64,000 nucleotides of DNA from NCBI GenBank assembly GCA_050084985.1, contig JBITNC010000002.1:35402001-35466000 (forward strand). Direction: 5' to 3'. The DNA comes from Nageia nagi. Lineage: Eukaryota; Plantae; Pinophyta. This document shows, piece by piece, positions 24,527-38,000 of the stretch. The notes beneath the pieces were generated by a model. It saw only the letters and a list, made by a program, of their open reading frames with translations, had not been told where the DNA came from and searched no databases. The translations under genes and the position numbers were made by a program. How positions within the stretch are numbered: position 1 is the first letter of the stretch; each line of letters opens with the position of its first letter.

Positions 24527-25049
24527 AATTAAAATTATGTTATATTCTTAATAAGTTGAAGTAGTTCTAGATCTTTTATTTTGAATAAAAAGACATCATT
24601 GATGTTTTATCCTCTAGGAGACTATATTTTAATCTATATATTATTCTTTTAAATATTAATTAATTTAATTTTAAAATCTTATTTAAATTTTACATTCATA
24701 CATTATTAACTTAACATTTATTTTTTATAAATTCAAAACATGCTCTCACTTCCATTATATCCTTCAATTTATCAAGTAAATTATTTATATATTTGATAGT
24801 ACTCATGCAACACACCCTCTAACCCACAAACTCCCAAAACTCTCAATATCTCCACCTCCACTAATAAATCAAACCCCATAAACTAACACCATCCATAATT
24901 AGAAATAACATAATACATCAACAATATCACACTAAATTAAATTTTAATAAATAAATAAACACCACCAAAAATATTTTTATTAAAATGAAGCCCACCATGC
25001 AAAGTCTCTAACACATGAAGCCTTAGATTTACTCCAACGTTTCTTATAC

Positions 25050-25061
25050 TGCCACGTGGCA
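25050..25061. promoter_or_regulatory. Palindromic G-box/ABRE upstream of ATG11
   Basis: TGCCACGTGGCA in a CpG-retaining segment about 1 kb upstream of the ATG11 start codon. Function is inferred only. Confidence 0.45.
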
Positions 25062-26026
25062 TGATAACATCCGTAGAAAATACAGTTAACAGTTACCCGT
25101 CCACTAGTCCCCTCCAAATCTGACTTGCCAGCTGGACACGGTGGTGCCGGTAAAGGTCGAATTCCGGCGAGAAAATCTTCCGACAAGGCTTAGATTTTCC
25201 AACTTGGAAATATATTAAAAAGGAATAAAAGCATTCTTAGGGCTTTTTTTTAATCCAATGACGACCAAGTTTCTTCCCAGAAATTATGGCCCTGGCAGGG
25301 GATTCGAACCTGGGTCGGTCTTGTCCTAGAAACCCTCGAGGGTATTTTTCTATATGAAGGGAGAAGAGAAGCTTAGTGTGTGTTGTTGCCTAAAATTTGT
25401 GGAAGCCAATTCTTTTGTTCTTATTTGAATGACTGCGAGCGTAAGCTTTGGATTTCTCTGGTCGAAGTTTGGATTTATTGTTTGATTCTGTGCGGAATTT
25501 AGGTTTTGGATTTCTGATTTGGATGATTGATTGTTTTGAAGCAGCTCAAGGTTGTAATAATTTAGCATGGGGGGTTGAAATTCAGATTTTTTTGGAGCTC
25601 GCCTTTGGTTTTTTGTTAGGGTTTGAGGATAAAAATGGGAGAACGTAAGGTAAGGTAAGCTTGCAGCTCTTGGATCTCTGGGAGAATTTCTGTGGTTGCA
25701 ATTCTGGTGGACTTTTTTAGCGAAGTTGTTTGGCAATTGTGGACACGGCGAATTATGATGAACCAGGGTTTCGAGGGCTTGAAGGTTGTGCTATTCTGAA
25801 AATTTGAACCTTTGGAAGTTGCAGTAATCTGGATTTTGAACCCTTGGAGGATGCTTTGTGTTGAAATTTGATCACTTGACAGCTATTTAATCCGGGAATT
25901 TCAATACTTGGTGGTTTCTTCGCTTTTATTTTTGTGAGGGTAGCCTGCAATATTAGCAGTGTAGTTTCATTTGAATTATTGCCTGGATTTGAATTTGCTT
26001 GGCGGGGATCGACTATAATTGTGGCA

Positions 26027-29000
26027 ATGAGTTCATCAGTGGTATCTGAAGAGTTTGTTCCAGGTAGGAAACTATTGGTACATGTGGCAGAAAATGGGCG
26101 AAGCTTTGAGGCTGAGTGTGAAGTGGGGACTTCTGTTGAGGAGGTGCAACATCACTTGGCAGCTTTAGCTGGTGTCCCTGTGAATGATCAGCTTCTTATA
26201 TGTGGGGATACAAGGCTGGAGCCTAATAGATCTTTGGGTTCTTACAGGCTCCCCTCTGATGGCCATGATGTTTTCCTCTATAACAGAGCTCGTCTCGTGG
26301 GGGATTGTCCCCCTCCGCGCCCTGAACATATTGAACTGCCCCAAGTCTCAATTCCTTCAATATCCTCCGCTTCTACTGATCCCCATCCCCTTGATGATGT
26401 TGCTGACCCAGCTGTGAAGGCATTGGCCAACTATGAGAGGCAATTCAGGTACCATTTTCTCAAGGGACGTGCCATCTACATTGCAAGCCAGGCAAGGATG
26501 GATTCGTGTAGGAGATTGCTTAGGGAGCAGCAAGTTCAGGGGAAGGCTCTGGATACTGCAAGGGCCAACATGGAGCACTCCTATAAGATGATCCATCAGT
26601 TGTACATTGACTTTATGAAACAATTTGATCAACAACAGAGACAACATGCTGACCTAATGGCAAATTTTCAGAAGACCATAGACAAGCTGGGGGCCTTCAA
26701 GTTGCACCCATCTCTGCAAACAAAAAAGTACAAATGCCTTCTAGACTTCGTCAGAGAAGAATGCAGGTCTTCCAAATGCCTGGAGGCTTGTCTTGCATCC
26801 CACAAGCAGTTTGAAACCAAAGTGTCACAGTTCAGGTCGTTGTATGCTGAAATACAGCGAAGGGTTGATGATCTCTTTCGTGCCAAGCCTTCAGTTAACG
26901 TGCAACATGTAGAGGAAATGATCAGAGGCCAGGAGCGTTACTATCGGGAGCAAGGGAGCATAATGGAAACTTTAGGGTATGTAATGCCAATGGTTTTTTC
27001 TAGCACTTATTATTTAATCATTAAATCAGGTTTTTATGCTATATATCAAATACAAAAGAGTCTTCTGAAAATATGGCAATCAATGAAACAAGTTCTTTTC
27101 ATCCCTCTGATATCTCCAATAGAGTTTTTACTCTTGAACATTTTGTACAAGTTTTAGAGTCAAGAAGCAAGTTGGCTTCTTGCTTGTTTTTTCTAACTGT
27201 TATTTGACTAGGTATTCTTCAGAAAACATGACCAATCTATCCCTGATGATGTAACATTCATAGGGATTATTTCGTTGTACAAATGACAACATAATTTATT
27301 TGTTTAGAAATGTATACATCATAGAACCTTTTATAATTTTTTCTTAAGGTCTTTGGTATTGGAAAGCAACTGCTGTTATAATTAATATATGATGGCAGTT
27401 TAATGCAATAAAAGACATCTTCTTATGCAGTGTTGTCTTATAAAAAGATTAGATATGATAAATATCTATTACAAATCCACTGAAAAGGGCAAGTTATTTA
27501 TCATTCGACCACATCTTATTCCTTGTGTTGAAGGTAAATTGGTATATAAATCATGGGCAAATGCAATAATTTATATCCTTTATAACGACTTTCTTAAGGC
27601 TAATTGTCAAGACTTATTGTACATGCTACATTGCCAGTAATTATAGATACCTATGTATCTACACTGAGAGATGTGTGTAACAAACCAAACTAGAAAAACC
27701 CAGAATTTATGCTAAAAATAATCAGATTTGCTCAAATCAACAATATCCAAAAACTCCAAAAACCCTAGATAGTTCAGATCTGAAATTTTAACTGGAAATG
27801 AATGCAAAAAACTAAAAAAATTTATAGATCAATTTCCAAAATCAACAAACCCTAAGTGAATTGCAAATTGAAATGCAGACCCAACACCACAATTGTCAAG
27901 TACAATATAGATCAGAATAATTCAGAATGATTGCACCTGGAATACTTCTCAAAATACCCCAGAATGCAAAGCGTCTCAGCTTAGAGGCTGGACATTCCCC
28001 TTAAGAATGCACAGATCTGATTTGGAATGCATAAATGGGTCTTCAATGCTGGGCGTTTGACTCCTGGGCACTATGGCTGAATACTGATTGCTTAAATGCT
28101 GATACTAAACCCTTAAATTGATAGATGCCTAGCTCTAGGCAGGATTCGAGAGCCTCAAAACTGCCAAAAACTCTTTACTACTAGTGGACGTTAGAATTAG
28201 GAGGGCCTGATCTGAATGTAGAATACTGGAAAACAAACTCAAAACCCTCCAAATTTGAAATCTGAATGCAAAATTCTGAAACTCTTCTTCTAAGGTTGGG
28301 AGCTCCTTAAAGGGTCTCAACCCTAGATTTGAAAGTAAAGTCTTCATTACCTGATCCAATATGCTCAATTGTGAATTCTGAATGAATTCACTACCAAAGG
28401 AAAGCTCAAGGATTTTGTTTTAGTCCTCTAGGGTTTCTCTCTCATGGAATAAAACTTGCTGTCCCATCAATGTTCTCTAAAGGATGATAAATCAAATAAT
28501 CAAAAAGCCCCCTCCAAATGAAGTGCTCTTTCCCTTTTATAATTTGTCATTCAGTTAAGCTCCCTTCTAATCGTTCATTAAGACACACTTTATTATAAAA
28601 TAATATTATCTAACACTTAATTGTTATTAAAACACGTTTTTAGTCCTAAACATGGGTGTCCCACTTATTTGTGTCTTAACTAATAATTATGGGCCATTTA
28701 AATAAGGTATGTCAAAATTGGACACATTACAATGTGTTCTTTAGTTGCTTCTTATTTTCTAGGTTTCTTCCAGATCCATCTTAATATCCTTAGATAAAAG
28801 AAATGTTTCCCTCTGACTTTACAGTTGTGGATTTTCATATACTTCTTTCATGGTCATCTGTTCCTTGTAATTTTGTAACATCATCAAAATCTCTGCCTGT
28901 TTGAGTATTTTGTATAGTTAATCGTTTTCTATTCTAAGACCATATGTTCTTAATTTTGCAGAAAAGATGTAAATACTATAAAGAAGCTTGTGGAGAATTG

Positions 29001-32000
29001 TTTAAGCAGACAATTATCTGCATCTTCTCTCAGGCCTCATGATGCAGTCTCTGCACTGGGTCCCATGTATGAGGTTCATGATAAGAGCTTACCAAGAATG
29101 GAATTATGTGTCGAAGAGCTCTCCAAATTACTTGAGTTTTGCAAGGCTAAGAAATTTGAAATGAGTATGTTTGTGCACACAATCATGCAGAAGGTCGCAT
29201 CACTTCAATCGAGTATTCGGGATGTACGATATCAGCTGTCAGCTTTTAAGGAAGCAATGCATCATCAAGATGGTATATTTTCTAAGCTGAAAGTTGTCCG
29301 CAGAATTGGTCCTGCATACAGGGCTTGCCTTGCAGAAGTAGTTAGGAGAAAGGCTTTCATGAAATTATACATGGGGCAAGCAGGCCAGCTAGCTGAAAAA
29401 ATGGCTAATAGAAGAGAGATTGAAAGGCACCAACGTAAAGAATTTCTAAACATACAAAGTGATTACATTCCTCAGGATATCTTTGAAGTTCTTGGCTTAT
29501 TTGACACCCCTAGTCCATGTGTTGTTAATATTACACCATTTGACACTGGTTTGCTTGACATTGATGTTTCTGACCTGGAGCGGTATGCTCCAGAATCCTT
29601 AATAGGACTACTGCCAAAAAGCAATCAGAGCACACAAGGAAAAGGTTCAGTTGCCTCTTTTAATGGCAGCTATAATTCAGGTACTGTTGAGGAGAATTCT
29701 GTAAACATTGAGAAACATGATGATGCAGGAATGACTGATGAAGAATTTGATAGTGATCCTATTCTTGGGACAACTGAAATGGAGGTTGAAAATGCATGGC
29801 TGAAAGCAGAACTTGCTTCAGCAATAGCATTCATTTCTTCTTTTGCTCCGGATGTTTATGATTCAGCAGATGAGGGTAACATTGAAGATCTCCTTAAGAA
29901 GGCAGCACAGAACACAACAGAAGCTTTACATTTGAAGGATGAGTATGTAAAACATATTGAGAATGATTTGAAGGCACAACATGTACAATGTGTGAAGTAT
30001 GAGAAAAGAATTCAAGAATTGGAGCAAAGGCTCTCGGATCAGTTTATACACCTAAGCAAGTTGTCAGATAGGAAAGATGGATTGGATTGTACAGTATCCA
30101 GTGGACCTGCATCCAAAGCTGATGATTGTAAAACAGAAACATCAGTTGTAAGTGGTGATGGAATGGCGCAACTTCAGATGCTTTCACCTGAACCTATGGA
30201 TGAGGGGAATTACAGCTCTACTGATTATGGGAGTGCCTCAAAAACCGATAAGTTGAATGCAGAATCAGCCAAATTCCCAGAGAGTGTTGATGAGAGTATG
30301 GCTGATTTTCTGGGTGCAGTTCTTCCAGATGCAAACTCTCTTGGTACAGTGCCCTTGAGTAACTCAAGTCTAGGATTTTCCAAAGAGGAGTTTGAGGTTA
30401 CTGGTAGAGAGAATACTGAAAAAGTGGAAACCGAAGCAAAATTTGAAGCTGTTATATCAAACAATGATATGAATCATGCTTCTCAAGGAGAAAGTGATTC
30501 TGTAGCTGTACAGAAAGAAGACCGTATTGTGGAGTTGCAGAATGCTTTATCAGAAAAAACAAGGGAGTTTGCAGAGATTGAAACAAGGTTGACGACAGTT
30601 ATGGAAGATTGTGCTTCTGTCAAAAGAGAATTGGAAGTTAGTTTGAAACTCTTGGATGAATCTCAGGTAATGAGCGTTTTGAATCTCAATTTCATGCTTT
30701 TTATTGCTCATTTTGCAATTTTTTATGTCTTGTATTGAGCCCTGCAAAGCCAACACTCATATGTTTTGATCCTGAATTATTTGTAATTTAAAGGCACAGT
30801 CCTTCCTTTGTTATTATTCTTCAAAGCATTTTAACCAATCTCATACTATCTTTTCCAAATTTGTCCTTTTATAAGACACAATATTAATATGTCTAATTTT
30901 AGTCATCTCGAGGATATGCATGTTACACAGGAGGTTGGACTTTTTCCTGTTCTATATAAGGATTTCCACTTTCATCTTACAAGGGCATGAATTGCATTTA
31001 GTTTTAGTAGCTGTTTTCTGCTTATTTTTAATATGATGGTACAGAAAGGCATGCCTCTTTGCAATCTGTATGTGATTTAATATGTCTGATTTCCCCCTGC
31101 TCTAATGTGGGTAATAGTATCAGCAATATGAAACTTATTACTTCATGATTGTTGGATTCCATCTTGTAACTTGTTATTTTTAATTCTTGTTTTCCTGGCA
31201 AATAAAGGCACAATATTGATCAGCCTATAATGTTTGTACTTTATTGTTTGTTTATGCACCTTTTTGGTTTTTTGCTGTGGTTGTTACCATGATCTGAATG
31301 TTAAAGTTCATGATATGGTATTATGTTGATTGTAGGTTTCATTGCATTTGTAATTGAACATTGTTAGTGCAGTATTTACCCAAATGAAAGTTGTTTCTTA
31401 TCATTGCTTTCAGAATGGAATTACAATTGTTTATCAGCCTCTTGTAATCCTTATTTAGCTGCTCATAATTTTGTATGGTGTTGTGCATGTGATTGTTTTT
31501 ACCTTGGGAAATCTCTAATACTAGTGTTGTGTTTTGTTTACAAACAGATGAATTGTGCTCATTTAGAAAATCTTTTACATGAAGCAAGAGGAGAAGCTCA
31601 AACAAATCTGTGTGCAGCTGATCGTAAAGCTGCAGAATACAATGCATTGCGTGCATCAAGTGTGAAATTGAGAGCTTTAGTGGAAAGGCTGCGAAGCTGT
31701 GTTGCTTCTTCAAGCGGAGGTGCAACAGGATTTGTAGAGTCTCTTAGATCATTGGCTCTATCGCTAGGCAGGTAATGAATGTTAAAGAGATATTGGATTT
31801 CCTGGCAGTTGAAATCACGATTTTTTGTTTTTTTCCTTTACTAATTACAACTTTTGAAGTTCTCATTCAAGTTTGTTTTTATATTCCTGGTAATAACAGT
31901 GAGTTTCTTGAATTGTTGTGAGTATTTATTATAGAATTAGAGAGGATATGCACCTTTTGACATGAATCCTTTGATGTTGACCATTTGAGACAGTTCTGTT

Positions 32001-35000
32001 AATGAAAGTGGAGATGATGGGTCAGCTGAACTTCGAGCTTGCATCAGGCTTTTAGCAGAGAGGGTAGTGCTGCTTGCTCAACAACGTGCAGATCTTATGG
32101 AAAGGTGTACGGTCGCAGAGGAAGCTCAGAAGAGCAATACTGAGCTTGTTAAGACTCTGTATGCTAAACATAAAATGGAGAGACAGGTGAGTATTATGAC
32201 ATGCATGCTCGTATTAGGCTTTTGGTTGGTCATCATATATTTCTGCCCCATGCAGAACCCCACATCAGCTAATCTGTAAGCAAAGTTATGATGTGATCAC
32301 ATAGAGTGTTCATATTTTATAATATTATATCATGAGCTAATGTGCTATTCTTAATTGAACTCAAACTAAATTTGAATATTTTGGTATCAGATTGCTTTTT
32401 ATTTGTGAAGGCATGTTGCTTTCTTTACTACTGCCATTTATATGTTCTGGGTGTGTTTCAATATCTTATGTGCTTGTTTAATTGTTTATGACTAATAGTA
32501 CGATGTGAAAGGCAAAATTTTGTTCTCTTAATAAAGATGTGTAAAATTTAAAAATTACAATCAAAGTATATTAGTGTCATGCATTTCTTTGAATCAGTTG
32601 TGTCTTTTTTGTTGACTTGTGTTGAAAAACATTAATTAGTCAAAACTCTTTTTTACTAGGTCAAACTCTTTTTTTTACTAGCTATTTGACTTTTTAATTG
32701 CATATATGTAGAAGAAGTCTTCTTATTTTGCATACTCTTATTCCTGATGTCTCTTTAGATATCTACTGATTAAGGATATATTGGTGTAGTTTACCTAGTG
32801 ATTAAATTATTAATATGCTTTAGGCATTCTAATGGTATTGTTGCCTGGAATTAAATAGCTTATGTTATATATTTTTTATATATTGTTTCGATACTTTGAT
32901 TTCTTTCAAATAGTTTGTTTTTTATATCTTATAAAATAATTTTATTTTGGTACGTATTATTTTGCAATTTGCAAAGGATTTTGATGAATTTTGTTTATTT
33001 TAATTTTTTATTTGCATGTTAAAGATTGAAATCTATTGTATTTTGGAATATATACACACAATATATAATTAATATATTTGTGTGGCTTACCTAGTGATTA
33101 AATTTTAATATACTTTAGGCACTCTAATGCTATTGTTGGCTGGAAATAAGTAATATATTGTTGAGTTCTTATGTAAGAATTTATGTAAGAATGATTTTTT
33201 AATCATAAAAATAATTAGCATCATCTTGTAAATTTTTTTTTTTTTTCTTTTTCACCTTGTGAGTTATAGCATTACACTTGACCTATGATTCTGATAGTAA
33301 TTTCTAGTATTTTAGGTTATCAATCTCTGTATGGACGTTTTCCAAATGTTGAACAAAAGAAGTTTTATCATTATATCCATAGCTATCAGAATATTATAGG
33401 GATCAACAGTGCCCAAAGAACTATATTTTAACTATTCTATTATACGTAGATATAAGTGTCCCATTGCTTGTTTTGCTTGTGGTATCTCCATAATATGAGC
33501 AGTTAACTACTTTGGCAGGACCATAAATATGTCCATCAAAGGAAGTTATAACCTAGAAGTCATAATAATGATCAGAAATATCAGTGATACATAAGCCGAA
33601 ATGACACCATACATGTTTGAGATTTGCTAAGCTGAAGCGGCACCATACATTTTGCAAGAGCAACTCTGTCCATGGTAATATCTACTTTTTTACTGCATTA
33701 AATGATTATATTAATTCAGGAAAATGTAAATAGTATATAATAACAAAGATATAATATGCTTTTGAAGAATTTCTGGCAGTCAATAATGAAGTCCACAAAT
33801 AGGGATATGCAAATCTTAGGAAAGTTGGAAGCATTTGGTATGAACCAGACTTTTTGTAAGAATGTTCAAGTTCATTGCCAAATTAACAATTTCAAATGAA
33901 CTCATTTCATAGGCTGCAAAGTGTTCAATGTGCTGAAGTGACTGCCATATGATGAGGAGTGTGGCTCTCTAACAAGTGTGACATAAAACTTCATAAATTC
34001 AAATTTATACTAAGAATGTGTAAGAAGTGGCTTGTTAATGAGCGTGAACTCTTTAGAAAAATTAGAATATTCTTAGTGTTGTCTAATTAGTTTTTGGACT
34101 ATGCTATTTTGTCTAAATATTTGCTCACAGTTTCGGACTATGCTCTTTTGTCCTGGTTACTGTTGTTTTTGGATTCAAATTTAATTGATTTGTAATGGAG
34201 TTGAATGGATTTAAAAAGCTTCCAGGTCATAGATATGTCTAGTTGTGGGATTTTAAATGAGCCATGCCAATAAAGTGTTTGGAAGTTTTTTTTGGGTAAG
34301 TGTTGAAGCTTCAAGGTTAATTCAGTCCAAAATTAGCTTACCTAGGAAGACAAGATGTGTCAAACTTTTGTCATAAAAAACAAACTATAACACTATGCAA
34401 CATTAAAAGATTCTACAAAGCATGATTATTAGAAAAAATATTTGTTTGATATTGAAACAACATTGCTAATTTCAAGTCCCAAAATGTTGAGAGACATCTT
34501 AAACACCCATCTATGAGGTGTTTAAGTTCGGAAGGAGGGCTTTAGATTTATTACTGTCGTAGAGTTAATCCTGAAATCATATTCAGTCTCCAAGTTTAAT
34601 CAAATTTTTGCAAATTCTTGCACATCTGTATCATGACTTGTTGCATATCCTGCTGGCCTATGGTCAAGTATCTACGACACCTTGTATCTTCTTCCTATTA
34701 GTAATGTATGAAGTGCAATGAGGCATAGGGGTAATGAGGGGGTATATGATGGTGAGATAGTGCAGAAACTAAGGGTACATATGGGTGCAAATGAGAATAT
34801 CAATAAGAGAGTTGCCACCCTCTACCTGATTAACTAAACTACCATGTGGAAGGGATGGCAGAGGCTCTTACAATTGTGATTAGAAGGGGGGATATTAATC
34901 TCTATGATGTTGGAGAGTTGCAGTTGAATCTGTCTTGAAGTGCGGGGCATGGGTTGTTATTCATATTCTTGGTAAATGGAAAGAAATGTGGTTGTTTCTT

Positions 35001-38000
35001 ACTACCTAAACTTTGTTAGTACTTAGTAGATTGCCAGCCTTGTTGTTGTCTTCCATATATAGACATGATGATTTGCTTTAGTAGTTTGAACTCTTTAATA
35101 ACTCTTCAAATAATCCAATCTGAAGCATGCCCCTTAGTTGTTGAGATTATGATTTTGGAGCCATGCTCAATGTGAAGTTCACTAAAGCCTCTCTTGGTGG
35201 TCAACTTTGAGCCTATGTGTGGAGCTTGGCTTCAACTTTGTTATTTATGGCATGGGGAATGTTCATGATAAACGTCTCAATGAAATCACCCTTGGTATTG
35301 TGAAATAAACTGTCAGCCCTATCCAGCCTAGAATTAGCTTTAGAAGAGCCAATGAGATTTATCTTGTATTCCTCCTCTAGTTGAGGCACCTGGTGTGCTA
35401 TCCATCATTTGATTTTTGTCATCCATTTCCCCTAATGTAAAATATTTAGGAGTTGATTATTTCATAATTTATTAGATTCAATTGAACATTAACAATTATA
35501 CATTTGTTATATTGTTCATTAATAATGAAAATATTAAATGAATGGCAAAGAGGTGCAAATGTAATAGGTGGTAAATAGAAGGATAGTTGTAATAAAAATT
35601 TGTAGTTACCGAGCAATGAAAATCAGTATGAATAAAAAGAAGTATCAGTTATAGGCGGTTGAGATAATGTATATCCATTGCATTCGTTGTTGAAAAATTG
35701 GAACTGGTTCTAATAACAATTGCAATTCATGTGTAGATAAATACATAACAGGAGTTATAAAAACTCTTTATGTATTGCTGAACAAATGCAGGCCACTCCA
35801 ATTATGGGATTGGAAATCAAGGAATTTCTTTTCAGACTGTTGGTCCAAATAGTAGTTTTATATGGTTCTTCTGTTTGAGGTCCAGACCTCATAAATGAGT
35901 CTTGAGAGAACGTTAAGAAGTGTTCAAAATGCTTTATTAAAAGATGGGGTAAAAGTGGAAAGTCAGTATTGTATGATGCTGACACAAACATACATGTTAC
36001 TTTTAGGAGGAGCACTTTGTCAGTTTTTGGAATTCATAAGAAATGAAAGCAATATGGACAAAAATAGATTACCAGCAGTGGATGAAATGGATTGAAAAAT
36101 AAGGAAATGAAGGGAATACGTTATAATATATTTTAAGATTCTAAAAATGAAATTAATCCAGTGTTCACTGATACGGAACAAACTTATGTTATAGAAAATG
36201 CTTCCATATGTAGAAGGAGCATAATTAACAAATTCAGGTTTTGCTGTAACTGTTCATTAGTTTAGACAGGAAGATGGAAAAACATACAAAAGAACACTTA
36301 TGTCTATTTGGTATCCAAGGAGAAATTGGGGATGAAAGGCATGTGATGCTATATTATCCAAAGTATGATCATTTAAGAGGTTGAAGCACTCCTTTCGTAA
36401 GGAGGACCCACAAAATTTGCATACTTTGTTCAGTTTGCCATTAAAGCAAGTGGATGTGGACGATTAATATTATGGATATCTTGGATCATCAAAGAATGAA
36501 CAATGATAAGATTTAAGTCACTTCATGAGACTGTCATAAGTAAGTTGAGAGATATCAATTTTTGTATCTTTGATTATTATGGTATGTATTTAACTTGGAT
36601 GGTATGTGAAAGTAAGTTCTCTCCATTTCATTGTCATGTCTATAGAAATATTTTTATAAAACTTTCTGTTTTGCAATAGATTCTCTTATCAGGAGATACC
36701 CATTTTGGCCTTTTGCTCATTAGATTAGGTGGATTACAAATGTGATATCGATAAAGGTATAACAGACTAAATTGACCAACAATAAGTTTGGTTCGGTTAG
36801 ATTTCTTTATCCCAATGTCTTAGCACTAAGTTGTGTGTTCTGGGTGGATTATTTCTTAAAGGCCAAGGATAGCACTAAATTTCATTAATGTCCTCAGTTT
36901 TTCCTTTGACCAAGTCAATGTTTGTTCAAACCAACTATGCTTTGAGGTGGATCAAGATAATCCAAAAAAAGGCTTAGTATACCATCTTTTTATCCCTTAT
37001 ATATGGAGAACTAGGACCGGTTTTATCCCTAGATGTGCTTTCTATTAAATTTTTTAAGGTATTACTGCTTGTTTAGAGACATTGACAAGTCATTAGTTGC
37101 CTTTTACCTCTATCTTGACCAAAGGTGCTTAGCTTGTTACCTTAAGGAAGCATTCAAGTATAGATCCCAAATCTTGCAAGGATTTTCTATAACTAGCACA
37201 CATTGTCATATTCTTATAGGGGGTACTAGTATTTATTCGGTGCCTCATTGGCCAAGACAAATGTAAAAGAATGTGGGAGATTATGTCCTTCTTTGCAAGG
37301 AAACACTAGGGTCCATCATAGTTACGAGAAACTAGAAACGTGACCTGCAACGACAACGTCATGAGACACAGGAATAACAGGTTGCACATAAGAAACGTCT
37401 ATATATATATATATATATATCAAGATGAAAATTACATTTTACAAGATGAAAAATAATTATAATATATTTAAAATTATTAAAATAGTTTTAAAATTTATAA
37501 ATTGTTACTTCTATACAAAATAAAATAAATATTCTCTAAGTATATTATTACAATTATTTTTATAATAAATAAAATAAATAATTATTACTAGTCTAAGTAT
37601 TCTCGGACACAGCAAGATTAAAGCAGCCCTTTTAAATGTATGAGAAATGTTTCCCTTCAGCATCACTAGATATTCTGTTTATTCTTCTGGATTTATTGAA
37701 GATAACAACATTTCTGTTACTTGCATTCTAATATCAAGTAGAATTGACTGTTACATTTATAGAGTGTTGATGAAATATGTTGCACAAACCACGAGTGTTC
37801 TTTTATGTTGTATGTTCTAACTTACCTACTATTTATCTTTTGTTTTTGTGGTCCTCTTCAATGGTATGCTTGGTAACTAGTATGTTCCATTCAGTCCCAT
37901 TAAACTACTTTGGTTACTTGAGGACATCAATAAGATTTCTTTCTTTTCAATTAACCTATTATGATGCAACATAAATTGACACATTTGGATAAATTCTGTA

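Noticed and set aside
25934-26026. ORF-track N-terminal extension of ATG11, and treating ORFs 25934, 28990, 31404, 32067 and 40836 as separate genes
   Set aside because: These ORFs use non-ATG starts and read through into introns. The pieces splice in phase into one gene starting at ATG 26027.
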